Origin: Nitrospirota bacterium
Lineage (GTDB): Bacteria; Nitrospirota; UBA9217
Direction: 5' to 3'
Length of the DNA stretch: 64,000 nt
Assembly: GCA_963836175.1 (NCBI GenBank)
Contig: CAWIIS010000008.1
Location: 76,387 to 140,386 of the forward strand
A model generated the notes under the pieces. That model did no database searches. It was not told where the DNA came from and saw only the letters and a program-made list of their open reading frames with translations. Below are positions 24,888-36,215 of this stretch, one piece after another; position 1 is the first letter of the stretch; each line of letters opens with the position of its first letter. The position numbers were made by a program, and so were the translations under genes.

Positions 24888-26113
24888 ACGATCAGAAATC
24901 AGAGGCCCAGAACGACATCCAGTCGGAGACCGGATTCCAGGATGCGCTCAGGGGAGCGATCAGCATGATCAATGCGGCGGTCACGAACGTGGGGCTCTAT
25001 TCGTCGCCCCATCCCCAGGTGATCCGGTACATCGAAAAAGCCTTCCAATCCCTGACAACCGTTCTTCTGACGCGGCTGGAGGTGACCCTGCTCGTAATCG
25101 GAAACGATATTGTCGCGGAGAACAAACCGCTCAACGCGAGAGGTTCGAGCGGCGCCTTTCTTGAGAACTTCTGCCGAATTCTCGGGAAGAAGAGCGTGGA
25201 GCGGCTTACCTTTGTCGCCGGCATGACCCGGGAGGACCTCGAGGGTCTGATTGCCGATCTTGCCGCGGGACCTGACGTTCCGGTCCGGTCTCAGCCCTCC
25301 ATCAAGATCGGCAAGGTTGAGGTACGGGTCAAGGTCGTGGAGAAAAAAACCGGACAGGATGCGCAAGCGGCCGCCGTCGTCGACCCGCTCATTGCGGCCG
25401 CTGCCGCAAATATCCCGCCCGACGTTCTTGAGGAACTGAACGAGCTGACGTCGAAGGAGCTGGAGGAGCTCAAGGAACTATACAGCCGCATAAAGAAACA
25501 CAAGAAGATCAACGTGCGCGGCGTAGAAGATATTGTGAAAAACTTTATCCGATGCTTCCGTCAGGAGATCAATCCGCTCGGGATCCTTGCGTCGCTCAAG
25601 TCCTCTCATGAATATACCTTTACGCACGTGGCGAATGTCGGCATTCTGACCATGAGCCAGGCGGAGCACATGGGATTCACCGGAGAGCATTTGCACGATA
25701 TCGGTGTGGCGTCATTACTGCACGATGTCGGCAAACTGTTCATCCCCGAAGAGATCCTGAGCAAGCCGGGGATGCTCACGCCGGAAGAGCGAAAGATGAT
25801 GGAAACCCATACGGTCAAGGGCGCCCGCTACCTTATCGGGCTCGAAGGCATCCCGAAACTTGCCGTGCTCGCTGCGCTGGAGCATCACATCAAGTTTGAC
25901 GGGTCCGGATACCCGAATGTCCGCGGCGGCTGGAGACCGAACATCGCGAGCCAGATCGTCGCTGTTTCGGACGTGTTCGATGCCATGCGAAGCAAGCGGT
26001 CCTACCAGGAGGCACATCCCCTGGAAAAGATCGAATCAGTACTGCGGGGCGGAAGCGGCAAGGCTTTCAATCCTCAGCTTGTGGAACATTTCCTGAAGCT
26101 CGTCAAACGGTAG
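24884..26113 (+). CDS. HD-GYP cyclic-dinucleotide phosphodiesterase
   Basis: YTFTH..NV, LLHDVGK, HTVKG, EHH..FDGSGYP, DVFDAM...RSY; GTGA overlap with the HEAT gene. Confidence 0.9.
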   Translation: MNDQKSEAQNDIQSETGFQDALRGAISMINAAVTNVGLYSSPHPQVIRYIEKAFQSLTTVLLTRLEVTLLVIGNDIVAENKPLNARGSSGAFLENFCRILGKKSVERLTFVAGMTREDLEGLIADLAAGPDVPVRSQPSIKIGKVEVRVKVVEKKTGQDAQAAAVVDPLIAAAAANIPPDVLEELNELTSKELEELKELYSRIKKHKKINVRGVEDIVKNFIRCFRQEINPLGILASLKSSHEYTFTHVANVGILTMSQAEHMGFTGEHLHDIGVASLLHDVGKLFIPEEILSKPGMLTPEERKMMETHTVKGARYLIGLEGIPKLAVLAALEHHIKFDGSGYPNVRGGWRPNIASQIVAVSDVFDAMRSKRSYQEAHPLEKIESVLRGGSGKAFNPQLVEHFLKLVKR

Positions 26114-26232
26114 ACGGCAGGTCCGTTATCAACGTAGACCTTATGAAAAAGAGATAATAACCCTCGACTGCAATCTGCGATCCTGTCAAAAACCAAGGCG
26201 TCTCGCGCAAAGAACGTCAATAGCATGGGAAA

Positions 26233-26449
26233 CTTGATAAGTTCGAAAGAAGTCGATAATGCCCAAATTGTCATTCTGAGACGCAGCAAAGAATCTTGCT
26301 TGTCTCAATAGGATCCAGGGTTTTGCCGGTTCAGTCTTGCAGATTCAACCAAAAACTGTTAAGTTAATGTGTGGTTCAGGCGGCAGTCCTGAATCAGCGG
26401 CGTAAAATATGAAATACTGGATTGCCGCTTAGTTCATGCGGGAATGACG
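26233..26449. repeat. Decayed REP/MITE-like fragments
   Basis: TGTCATTCTGAGACGCAGCAAAGAATCT and CTGGATTGCCGC..CGGGAATGAC resemble GTCATT-type REP hairpin ends; AT-rich 350-bp gap. Confidence 0.4.
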
Positions 26450-26462
26450 GTCTATTAAAACT

Positions 26463-28411
26463 ATGGCATTCAAACAAAAAAAATATCTCGACAATATGCC
26501 GCTCGCCGAGGCGATCGCGAAATACGATGCTGCGCTGAAAAAAGCGAATATCGGCAGACCGCTCGCGGGTGAGCCGGTTCCGGTCGGCGATGCGCTGGGG
26601 CGCGTTACGTCGGAAGCGGTGATCGCGAAGATATCATCGCCTTTCTATCATTCCGCGGCCATGGACGGCTATGCGGTCAGGTTCATCGACACCTTCGGCG
26701 CAGGCGAGACGAGGCCGAAACGGCTCGCTGTCCCGGCGCAGGCGGTGGCCGTCGATACCGGCGACCCCATGCCCGACGGGTACGATGCCGTGATCATGAT
26801 CGAGGACGTGGAGAAGATGTCCGGATCCGAGATCGAGATCCTGAAGCCGGCCACGCCGTGGCAGCATGTGCGGCTCGTGGGCGAGGACATCGTCGCCACG
26901 GAGCTCATCATCTCCGAGAACCATGACGGTCCGGCCGGTGGACATGGCGGCCATGATCGCGAGCGGCCACACCACGGTCATGGTGCGCCGAAGGCCCGTC
27001 GATCTCCGATCATTCCCACCGGGACCGAACTGGTGGAGCCGGGCAGCGAGCTCAAAAAGGGCGATATCATCGATTTCAACTCGACCATGCTTGCGGCCAT
27101 GGCAACGGAGTGCGGCGCGCATGCTGTCCGCAAGGAACATCGTAAAGGATGACGCGGCTCTTCTCAAACAGACCATCCTCGACGCTCTCTGCGGAATCCG
27201 ACCTCGTGGTGATCAACGCGGGCTCTTCCGCAGGCAGGGAGGATTTTACCGCCGATGTGATTGCGGAGCTCGGCGAGGTCCTGGTGCACGGCGTCGCCAT
27301 CAAGCCCGGCAAGCCGGTGATCCTCGCCATCGTGCAGGGCAAGCCGGTCATCGGCATCCCGGGGTATCCGGTCTCTGCGGCGCTCACGTTCAATCTCTTT
27401 GTGAAGCCGCTGATCTACGCGTTGCTGGGGCTGGCGTCACCCGCTCCGGAACGATCAGCGGCGAAATTCAGCCGGCAGGTGGCATCATCGCTCGGCGCGG
27501 AGGAGTTCATCCGCGTGAAGCTCGGGAGCGTGTCGGGCAAACTGATCGCCACGCCCGTGACCCGGGGCGCGGGCGCGCTCATGTCGCTGGTCCGCGCCGA
27601 CGGCATCATCCGCGTTCCGGCGGAAAGCGAGGGCATCGCGCGCCGGGCACGATGTGACGGTGGAGCTTTTGCGGTCGCCCCGCGATATCAGGAACACCAT
27701 CGTCTGCATCGGCTCCCATGACAATGCCCTCGATGTGCTCGGCGAACTTTCTCAAGAAGAAACATCCCGAACTTTCCCTTTCATCCGCCCACGTGGGAAG
27801 CATGGGCGGGCTTCTTGCGCTCAAGCGCGGCGAGGCGCATTGCGCAGGGACCCATCTGCTCGATGAGGAGACGGGCGAGTACAATGTGAGCTACATCAAG
27901 AAACTGCTTCCGGACAAAAAGGTCGTGCTCGTGAACCTGGTGTACCGGACCCAGGGCTTCATCGTGCCGAAGGGCAACCCAAAGGGCATCAAGGGATTTG
28001 AGGACCTGGTGCGTCCGAAGACGTGGTGTTCGTGAACCGCCAGGCCGGAGCGGGCACGCGGCTCTTGACGGACCTGTACCTGAAACGATTAGGAATTGAC
28101 CCGAACAGTGTAAAAGGGTATCATCACGAGGAATTTACGCACATGGCGGTGGCCGCGGCCGTGCTTTCCGGCGCCGCCGACACCGGGCTTGGCGGTGCTT
28201 TCGGCGGCCCAGGCGCTTGATCTCGATTTCGTGCCCGTGGCGCAGGAACGGTACGACCTGGCGATCCTGGAGCGAGTATTACGATACGACCCATGCTCCA
28301 GGCGCTGCTCGGGATCATTCGCGAGGACGGCGCCTTCCGCGACCAGATCATGAAGCATGGGCGGCTATGACGTGTCGCGAGATGGGGAACGTGATCGCCA
28401 ACGCTGAATGA
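26463..28411 (+). CDS. moeA: MoeA fused to a C-terminal LysR/PBP-type substrate-binding domain; multiple frameshifts
   Basis: SAAMDGYAV, VDTGDPMP, GSSAGREDFT, KPGKP, GSHD, VGSMGGLLALKRGEAH.AG.HLLD, FVNRQ.G.GTR. Confidence 0.88.
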
Positions 28412-28470
28412 TTCAGGATTCAAGATGGTTCAGTACTATGCATTTTGAAGCTTGCAATTTTGAATTTTAT
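28411..28470. repeat. Degenerate inverted heptamer array of the ATTCAAG/TTTGAAT type
   Basis: ATTCAGG ATTCAAG ... TTTTGAA GCTTGCA ATTTTGA ATTTTAT. Confidence 0.55.
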
Positions 28471-28486
28471 ATTAACGGAGGTACTA

Positions 28487-29214
28487 ATGTTCGCACTGGC
28501 GGTAAGTGCGACACCGGGCATGGGAAGCGGCATCGTCGGTCTGTTCCTGGAGTCCGGTTGGATGGGCAAGGTGATCGTGGTCATCCTTATGGGGGTCTCG
28601 GTCGTGACCTGGGCCATGATCCTTATGAAGTATCAGTATCTGCGGAAGGCGGAACAGGAGTCGAAGCTGTTCATGGCACGAGTTCCGCAAGACCAAGGAC
28701 GCTCAGGAGCTTCTGAGGTCCAGCGGAAAAAAAGAAGTTCAGCCCCATGGCCACGCTGTTCATCGAAGGCTATCGGGAGGCCGAATCCATCGTCAAGTCG
28801 CTGCCGAACAATACGGTGGCCGATGAGGACCGCAAGACGCTGATGCCGAAGAGATCGAGCGGTCGCTCAAGATCACGACGCAGGACGAGATCTCGTACAT
28901 GGAGCGCTACCTGGCGTTTCTCGGCACCACCGGCACCGTCGGCCCGCTGCTCGGGCTGTTCGGCACGGTCTGGGGCATCATGGACGCTTTTTACGGCATC
29001 GGGCTGAAGGGGTCGGGCGACATCGGCGCGCTGGCGCCGGGCCTTGCGGAAGCGCTCATCAACACCTCGATGGGGCTCTTCGTCGCCATTCCCGCCGTGA
29101 TCGCCTATAACTACTTTTCCGAGAAGATCAGGGGCATCGCGACCCGGATGGACTCCTTCTCCATGGAATTCCTGAGCTTCATTCGAGCGGACGCTCGTCC
29201 GGAGGCAGCCATGA
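28487..29214 (+). CDS. tolQ: TolQ (MotA/TolQ/ExbB family); frameshifted, end approximate
   Basis: FLGTTGTVGPLLGLFGTVWGIMDAF, APGLAEAL..T..GLFVAIPAVIAYN. Confidence 0.88.
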
Positions 29215-29629
29215 GCTTTGAGCGCAGGAACAGCACCATCATGCGGGAGCTGAACCTGGTCCCGCTCATCGACGTGCTGCTCGTGGTGCTGTTCTTCTAC
29301 ATGATTATTTCTCCCATGATGAGCCGGGGGCTCGACGTGAACCTTCCGAAGTCCGGGGCCAATACGGTCAAGCCCGAGGACCGCATCGTGCTGACCGTCA
29401 CCCGTGCGCAGGAATTGTTCGTGGAAAAGGAGCGCGTGGATATCAGCAGGCTCCCGGACGTGCTCGACTCTATCCGCAAGACGCAAACCGCAGATCAATG
29501 TGTATCTCCGGGCCGACCGGGATGCGCCCTACGGCGCCGTGGTGCAGGTGATGGATATCGTGAAGCGGGCGGGCATCGACCGTCTCGGCATGGTGACCGA
29601 AGCGGCCGGGAGGCGAGACCGGGAAATGA
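29211..29629 (+). CDS. tolR: TolR/ExbD; frameshifted, end approximate
   Basis: ELNLVPLIDVLLV, VNLPK, LRADRDAPYGAVVQVMD; GGAGG RBS. Confidence 0.85.
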
Positions 29630-30372
29630 GGCTGATCCGCTGGAAAAGGATCGGACAGTCGGGCCAGGAGCTTGCTGCAGCGGTACTTTTTTCTTTCATC
29701 ATCCACGGCCTACTCATTGCCGCGGTCCTGGTGTACAGCCTTGCGGCTTCCCCGAAGATCTCGGTCCCGATCTCCTACCAGGTCATGCTGGTGAATGCAC
29801 CGACAACGGTTGACCCGGCGCTGCCCCCGGAAGCCCCGCCTCCGCTTCCGAAAACCGCGGAGGCGCCGGCGCAGAAAAAAACAGCGCCAACTCCGCAAGG
29901 CAAAACCTCCGGCGGTCAAAGAGCGCCATGCCCGATCTTGACATGCCAAAGGCAGCAAAAAAAAAGAACGAGCAGCAGCCTGAAGCAACGACGGAAAAAG
30001 AAAAACCGGCAGCGCTTACAGGGCAGCCTTCACCTGCGGGGACCGCTCTAAAAAAAGAGGCGGTAGCCGTGTCAGCGGGAGCGCAAAACCAGCTTCCCGG
30101 CCTCGCAGGTTACTTCCCCTTCGTGAAAAACAGGATCGAACCTAACTGGAATCCGCCGCAGGGTGTCAGGGAAGCCAGGTCCAAGGTTGTGTTCAGGATT
30201 CTCCGTTCGGGCAGGGTAGCTGAAGTGAAACTGCAGGATTCAAGCGGGAACTTTTATTTCGACCAGGCGGCGATCCGGGCGATCCTTTCAGTCGGGCTCC
30301 TTTCCGCCGCTGCCAGATGAATATCCCCGGGAGTATTTGGAAATCAGCGTTGATCTGATTCCGAAAGAGTGA
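29626..30372 (+). CDS. tolA: TolA/TonB-like energy transducer; frameshifted
   Basis: TM with SFIIH motif, Pro/Lys-rich linker, C-terminal NW.PP..FRILRSGRV..SSGN.YFDQAA.RAI. Confidence 0.75.
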
Positions 30373-30406
30373 GCAGAAGGGGTCAGGAATCCCGCATCCT
30401 GAATTA

Positions 30407-31697
30407 ATGATTATGAAACCTTTCCTGAAACTATGTACGTTCTGCATGCTGATGGCGGCGGCAACCGTCCATGCAGAATATTATCTCGGCGTGATCCAGG
30501 GCGAGGCAAAGAAGATCCCGATCGCCGTGCTGGCTGTCGTGGATGAGACCGGCGCTCCCGCGCTTCGTGACGAGCTGCTGAGCGTGCTTGAGGCCGACTT
30601 GCGCCGCTCGCAGATCTTCGATGTGCAGGACCCGAAAAAAATCGACCTGGTCTACTCCGGCCAGCAGGAGCCGGCTGTCGAGCTCGTGAAGCGGGGTGGC
30701 ACCTTCGGGCTGACCGGGGTGGTCTGGGCGTCGCTGCAGCGCAGCGGGAACGCGCTCCGTTTGAACGGCACGATTGTATGACGCCGCTTCAGGCTCAAAA
30801 CTGGCAAGCGTGCAGTATAACGGCAGCGCGGATTCCGTCCGCCGCCTTGCCCATTCTTTTGCCGACGAGATCGTTGCCCGGTACACGGGTGAGAAGGGCG
30901 TTGCCCGGACCCGCATCGCCTATGTATCGGACAAGACCGGGAATAAGGAACTCTACGTCATGGACTATGACGGGAAGAACTCCCTGAAGGTCACGGCGGA
31001 CCGCTCGATCTGCATGTCTCCTGCCTGGAGTCCCGACGGAAGGGTCCTTGCCTATGTGTCGTACCGGGACAAGAACCCCGATCTCTTCGGTCTTGACCTG
31101 GGAACGGGCAAGCGATGGAAGATCTCGGGGGCCGAGGGGCTGAACATCTCGCCTGCATGGTCGCCCGACGGCAAGCGGCTGGCTCTGGCGCTCAGCAAGG
31201 ACGGAGGCGCCGAGATCTACACCATGAACAGCGAGGGCCGCGATCTGGAGCGCCTTACCTTCGGCATCTCCGACAACGTGGCGCCTTCCTGGGCGCCGAA
31301 CAACCGGGAGATCGTTTTCAATTCCGGAAGGGCGGGAACGCCGCAGCTCTATATCATGGGCTCCGACGGCACCAATGTGCGGCGCGTGACCTTCGAGGGG
31401 TCCTATAACGCATCGCCGAACTGGTCGCCGCGCGGCGACCGCATCGTATTCGTCTCGCAGGTCGGCGGGCTCTTCAAGATCGCCACGATCAATCCCGACG
31501 GTTCCGAGCAGCGCCTGTTGACCAATGGCCCGGGGAACGACGAGAACCCATCATGGTCGCCCAACGGCCGGCAGATCGTGTTCAGCTCGAACCGCGGCGG
31601 CAGGTCCAATATCTATATCATGAACGCCGACGGTTCGGACCTTGAGCGGATCACGCCGAACGACGCCAATTACACCTCGCCTGCCTGGTCACCCTGA
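30407..31697 (+). CDS. tolB: Tol-Pal beta-propeller protein TolB; frameshift near 30775
   Basis: IPIAV N-domain, AHSFADEI..YTGEKG, repeated P.WSPDG (PD40) motifs. Confidence 0.92.
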
Positions 31698-31715
31698 ACA
31701 CAAGTACGTGTTCAG

Positions 31716-31781
31716 ATCCAAGATTCAAGACTCAAGATTCAAGATTTAAAAATATTGAATATTTCTTATTGAATTTTGAAT
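31716..31781. repeat. Inverted heptamer array (ATTCAAG)x5 ... (TTGAAT)n
   Basis: ATCCAAG ATTCAAG ACTCAAG ATTCAAG ATTTAAA ... ATTGAAT TTTGAAT. Confidence 0.8.
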
Positions 31782-31816
31782 GGCGGCGAAGGCCGCGCTG
31801 AGAGGAGACCGCGGTT

Positions 31817-32260
31817 ATGGACCTGCACAAACCCGTAACAATCCTGCTGGTAGAGGACGATCCCGGACACGCGCTGTTGATCGAGAAGAACCTTCGCCGC
31901 GCCGGGATAACCAACATTATTGTTGCGCTCGACAACGGCCAGCGGGCCGTTGACTACCTGTTCAAGAAGGCGGGGTACGAAAACGACCCCCATCCTGCGC
32001 CGTTCCTCATTCTGCTCGACCTCAATCTTCCCGTTCTTGACGGATACCAGGTGCTGAAAATCATCAAGAACGATCCCCGCACCAGGCGGATCCCTGTCGT
32101 GGTGCTGACAACGACGGATAATCCGCAGGAAATATCCCGGTGCTATGAACTGGGATGCAATGTCTATGTCACGAAACCGGTGGAGTACGACAAATTGTCC
32201 GAAGCCATCCGGATGCTCGGATTGTTCCTCACCATCGTCAAGGTGCCGGAAAAGGAGTAA
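31817..32260 (+). CDS. Single-domain response regulator (Rcp1-like)
   Basis: ILLVEDD, ILLDLNLP, IPVVVLTT, CYELGCN.YVTKP. Confidence 0.9.
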   Translation: MDLHKPVTILLVEDDPGHALLIEKNLRRAGITNIIVALDNGQRAVDYLFKKAGYENDPHPAPFLILLDLNLPVLDGYQVLKIIKNDPRTRRIPVVVLTTTDNPQEISRCYELGCNVYVTKPVEYDKLSEAIRMLGLFLTIVKVPEKE

Positions 32261-32308
32261 TAGGCCAGGTCGCGGGGTCTCGCGAAGCAGGAGGTCGGGG
32301 AGCGTCCA

Positions 32309-34624
32309 ATGAGCGAAAAGCGGTATACAGGGTTATCAATATTTTCCCAGCTTCTGATCGCGTTCATGATCGTTGTCGTTATCATCAGCGGACTGCTGAC
32401 CGCTGTCTACTATACGTTCAGCAAACGGCATATCGAGCAGCAAACCATGGAACGTGTCCTCCAGCAGTTCGTGACGATCAGACATCATTTCCATGACGAA
32501 CTCCGGAACGATCTTTCCGGCGATCTGCGCCTGCTTGCAGACAATCCCACCCTGGACGATTTCCTGCGCTCCTCCGGACCGGAGCGGGATATCGCTGCGC
32601 GTTCTGTCGAGCGGTTGTTTCGCGAATCGCTCCGCTATTTTCCCTCCTATCAGAATATCTCGCTCATGGATGCCGCAGGCAGAGCCGTTGTCACGGTCGG
32701 CCGGACCGGACGCACGAAGCAGGCCGGGAAGGCCGGCAGGCGCACCGTGTTCGCGCAGCCTGACACCGCTGCTCCCGGAGCTGTTCGCGTATCACCCCCG
32801 GGGGAGGACCTCCAGGAGAAGGCTTCTTTTTCCATCGGCATTGACAAAACCGGCCCCGATAATGGGGAATACCACGGCAGCCTTGTGATCGACTACAGCC
32901 TGGAGGAATTCCTCGGGTACCTCGACGCTATCAGGATACTGGGTGAAAATCCGATCTGGGTGTTTACCCCCGACGGGACCGTGCTGAAGCAGCCCGAACG
33001 CCAGCAGGCGATGTTCGATCCCCGGCCCCACCTCCAGCGGAGCGTGGAGCAGGACCGGACGCTGCTGGTGACCGAAGGCGGCATGCTGGTGTACCAGGAT
33101 TTTTTCGTCATGCCGGAGGCGCCGTTGCTGCGGTTGGCAATCAGCATCCCCAATGCGCTTCTGCTTGACGATATCCGGTCCATGCTCAGATTTCTGTTCA
33201 TCGTATTCCTGCTCCTCCTGGTACTCGCGACGGTGGTCGCCTATTATGTCTCGCGGTATCTTTCGCGTCCCATTGTCCGGCTCGTCCATGCCGCGGACCG
33301 GCTTGCGCAAGGGGACCTATCGGCGCAGGTGGACATGCGCTCCACGGGCGAGGTGCAGATGCTGGTCAAAAGCTTCAACCGCATGGCCGCCGACCTCGAG
33401 CGAACGACGGTTTCCCGCGATTACATGGACAACATCGTCTCCAGCATGATGGATACCCTCATCGTGGTCTCGCCGGAAGGCACGATCATCCGGTTGAACG
33501 AGGCGGCCTGTTTTCTGCTCGGGTATCACGAGGAGGAGCTTATCGGGCAGCCATTTGCCCTCATCCTGGGCGGAGAACGGGGAGGAGCGGATGATGGGAT
33601 CGCGGGCGTGCTCGCCCGGGGATCGATCAGCAACCAGGAGCGATGGTACCGGGGTAGCGACGGGCGGAGGATCCCCGTTCTCTTCTCGGCGTCGGTCCTG
33701 CGTGATGCGCAAGGCCTGGTGCAGGGCATTATCTGCGTGGCCCAGGATATCACAGAAAACAAACGAGGTGAGGCGCAGCTCAAGAGTTATTCGGAGGAAC
33801 TGGCCCTGATCAACGACGACCTCCGGAATTTCGCCTACATCGTGTCGCACGACCTTCGGGCGCCGCTCGTCAACATAAGAGGTTTTTCCGATGAACTTAT
33901 CTACAGCGTCAGAGAACTGACACCGATATTCATGACCTCTCTGGACCAGCTCGATGCCGGGCTGCGGCGCAAGTATCTCTCCGTCATCGAAAAGGACATC
34001 CCCGAGGCGCTCCAGTTCATCGCGACGTCGGTGAGCCGGATGGACAATCTCATTACCGCCATTCTGAAGCTCTCGCGCGCCGGCAGGCGCAGGATGAATC
34101 CCGAGCCGCTCCAGACCACCGTTTTCGTGCAGGGGCTCCTGAACTCGCTAGCGCACCAGATCGAGAGCCGCCGGATACAGGTCGTGGTGGAGCCGCTCCC
34201 GGATATGATAACGGACCGCACGGCTTTGGAGCAGATCTTCGGCAATCTCCTGGACAATGCCATAAAGTACCTTGCGCCCGACAAGCCGGGGCGCATAATG
34301 GTGGGCGCCGAACACGACGGGCGAAACATCGTCTTTCATATCTGCGATAACGGACGGGGGATGGCGAGCGAGGACGTTCCCAAGGCTTTCGACCTCTTCC
34401 GCCGCGTGGGACCGCAGGATGTGCCGGGAGAGGGCATGGGACTGGCCTACGTCAAGACCTTGTTGCGGCTGCTGGGGGGACGCATCTGGTGCGAATCGCA
34501 GGTGGGCGTCGGGACGACCTTCAGCTTTTCGGTCCCCGCAGCCCCGCCTGAGCCGGAAGAACTGCAGGATTCGGATAACCGAGCCCAGCGAACAGCCGGC
34601 GACGCTCCCGCCGGCCAGGCTTAA
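32309..34624 (+). CDS. Membrane sensor histidine kinase (periplasmic Cache-like, HAMP, PAS, HisKA, HATPase)
   Basis: Two TMs, HAMP E...L..SFN.M, PAS, SHDLRAPL H-box, NLLDNAIKY, DNGRG, GMGL. Confidence 0.9.
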   Translation: MSEKRYTGLSIFSQLLIAFMIVVVIISGLLTAVYYTFSKRHIEQQTMERVLQQFVTIRHHFHDELRNDLSGDLRLLADNPTLDDFLRSSGPERDIAARSVERLFRESLRYFPSYQNISLMDAAGRAVVTVGRTGRTKQAGKAGRRTVFAQPDTAAPGAVRVSPPGEDLQEKASFSIGIDKTGPDNGEYHGSLVIDYSLEEFLGYLDAIRILGENPIWVFTPDGTVLKQPERQQAMFDPRPHLQRSVEQDRTLLVTEGGMLVYQDFFVMPEAPLLRLAISIPNALLLDDIRSMLRFLFIVFLLLLVLATVVAYYVSRYLSRPIVRLVHAADRLAQGDLSAQVDMRSTGEVQMLVKSFNRMAADLERTTVSRDYMDNIVSSMMDTLIVVSPEGTIIRLNEAACFLLGYHEEELIGQPFALILGGERGGADDGIAGVLARGSISNQERWYRGSDGRRIPVLFSASVLRDAQGLVQGIICVAQDITENKRGEAQLKSYSEELALINDDLRNFAYIVSHDLRAPLVNIRGFSDELIYSVRELTPIFMTSLDQLDAGLRRKYLSVIEKDIPEALQFIATSVSRMDNLITAILKLSRAGRRRMNPEPLQTTVFVQGLLNSLAHQIESRRIQVVVEPLPDMITDRTALEQIFGNLLDNAIKYLAPDKPGRIMVGAEHDGRNIVFHICDNGRGMASEDVPKAFDLFRRVGPQDVPGEGMGLAYVKTLLRLLGGRIWCESQVGVGTTFSFSVPAAPPEPEELQDSDNRAQRTAGDAPAGQA

Positions 34625-34751
34625 TAGCATCCGCAATCTCTGCGTGACCAAACAGGCAGAGTATGTTACATTCAGCGAAACGATCGTGAAGATCAGTATG
34701 TTCCGCTCGATCACAAGGGTTCCGGAGGGTATGAAGGCAGTGGCTGATATC

Positions 34752-36059
34752 ATGATGACCAATGTACTGTATATGGAGGACGACCCCGGTCTTTCCGTTC
34801 TGCTGCAGAAGGGCCTGAGGCGGAAGGGGTTTGTCGTCGATACGGCGGCGGACGGCGAGGACGGACTGCAGAAGGTCGCGGAAGGCAGGTTTGACGTGCT
34901 GCTTGTCGACTATAATATGCCGTTCCTTGGCGGGCTCGATGTTATCCGGATCCTGGCCGAGCAGGGGTCCTCGATCCCGATCATCATGGTCACGGGAGAG
35001 GGAAATGAATCCATAGCGGTCGAGGCGCTCAAACTCGGCGCGGCCGATTACGTGGTGAAGGACGCCGAGATGCGGTACCTGGAACTGCTCCCGGCGGTCA
35101 TCGGCCAGATACTCTACAAACAGCAACTCGTCAAAGAGCATCGCCAGATGCAGGAAAACCTGCGGGAGAGCGAGGAACGTTACCGCCGCCTGGTCGAACT
35201 TTCACCGGACGGGATTGCCATCCACTCTCAGGGCCTGTTCTCCTTTGTCAATCCCGCCGGCGCGCGAATGCTTGGCGCGGCACGGGCTGAACAATTGACC
35301 AATCAGTCGATCTACGATATCGTGCATCCCGACTACCGGTCTCTGGTGCGATCGCGGATGCAGCGGTTGGAAGCGCAGTCCGGCAGCGCGCCCTGGATCG
35401 AAGAGAAATATATCCGGACCGGCGGAGCGGTCATCGATGTCGAGGTTGCCAGCATATCCTTTTTCCTGGAAGGAAAACTGACGGTCCAGACGATCTTTCG
35501 CGATATTACCGAACGAAAACAAGTGGCGCAGCGGCTGGAACACCTGGCGCTCTATGATCCGCTCACCGGACTTCCGAACCGCACCTTGTTCTTCGATCGT
35601 ATGGCCCAGCTCCTTGCGCTGTCAAAACGGAACAATTTTGTGCTTGCGCTGCTCTCTATGGACCTTGACCATTTCAAGAGCATCAACGATACGCTGGGTC
35701 ATGAAGTTGGCGACCTGCTGCTGCAGGAGGCTTCAAAACGCATGGCGTCTTCCACGCGGAAGGCCGACACGATAGCACGAATGGGCGGTGACGAATTCAT
35801 CGGCATATGCTGCAGGATCATGGCTGCCGAGGACGCGCTGGTCGTGGCCCGCAAGATCGTCGCTGTTCTTTCCGAGCCCTTTGACCTCATGGGCCACCGC
35901 TGTTCCATCAGTGCGAGCATCGGCATCAGCCTCTATCCCGGTGATGGTGATGACGCCGAGGTCCTGCTGAACAAGGCGGACCAGGCCATGTACCGCGTGA
36001 AGCAGGGCGGCAAGGGCGGCTGCCTGTTGTTCGGCGATATGACAAACACCCCTTCCTGA
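34752..36059 (+). CDS. REC-PAS-GGDEF diguanylate cyclase
   Basis: VLYMEDD..DYNMP receiver, PAS, YDPLTGLPNR, RKAD I-site, RMGGDEF. Confidence 0.9.
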   Translation: MMTNVLYMEDDPGLSVLLQKGLRRKGFVVDTAADGEDGLQKVAEGRFDVLLVDYNMPFLGGLDVIRILAEQGSSIPIIMVTGEGNESIAVEALKLGAADYVVKDAEMRYLELLPAVIGQILYKQQLVKEHRQMQENLRESEERYRRLVELSPDGIAIHSQGLFSFVNPAGARMLGAARAEQLTNQSIYDIVHPDYRSLVRSRMQRLEAQSGSAPWIEEKYIRTGGAVIDVEVASISFFLEGKLTVQTIFRDITERKQVAQRLEHLALYDPLTGLPNRTLFFDRMAQLLALSKRNNFVLALLSMDLDHFKSINDTLGHEVGDLLLQEASKRMASSTRKADTIARMGGDEFIGICCRIMAAEDALVVARKIVAVLSEPFDLMGHRCSISASIGISLYPGDGDDAEVLLNKADQAMYRVKQGGKGGCLLFGDMTNTPS

Positions 36060-36215
36060 AGCTTCCCCTCCCCCGTCGTGCTATACTATAAATGGAGATC
36101 GTTGACGACCATAATGGGACTATTTGAGTCTTATATTATATATCTATCCGGTCAGGCGCGGAAGGGGCCCAGGAGAAGGAGCACCTGATCAGCGCGGGCT
36201 TTCGGAGGGCAGGCA

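Noticed and set aside
28899-30051. Apparent TolQ-TolR and TolR-TolA fusions
   Set aside because: Each downstream gene has its own ATG in an ATGA context (with an RBS for tolR); indels near the upstream 3' ends explain the read-through
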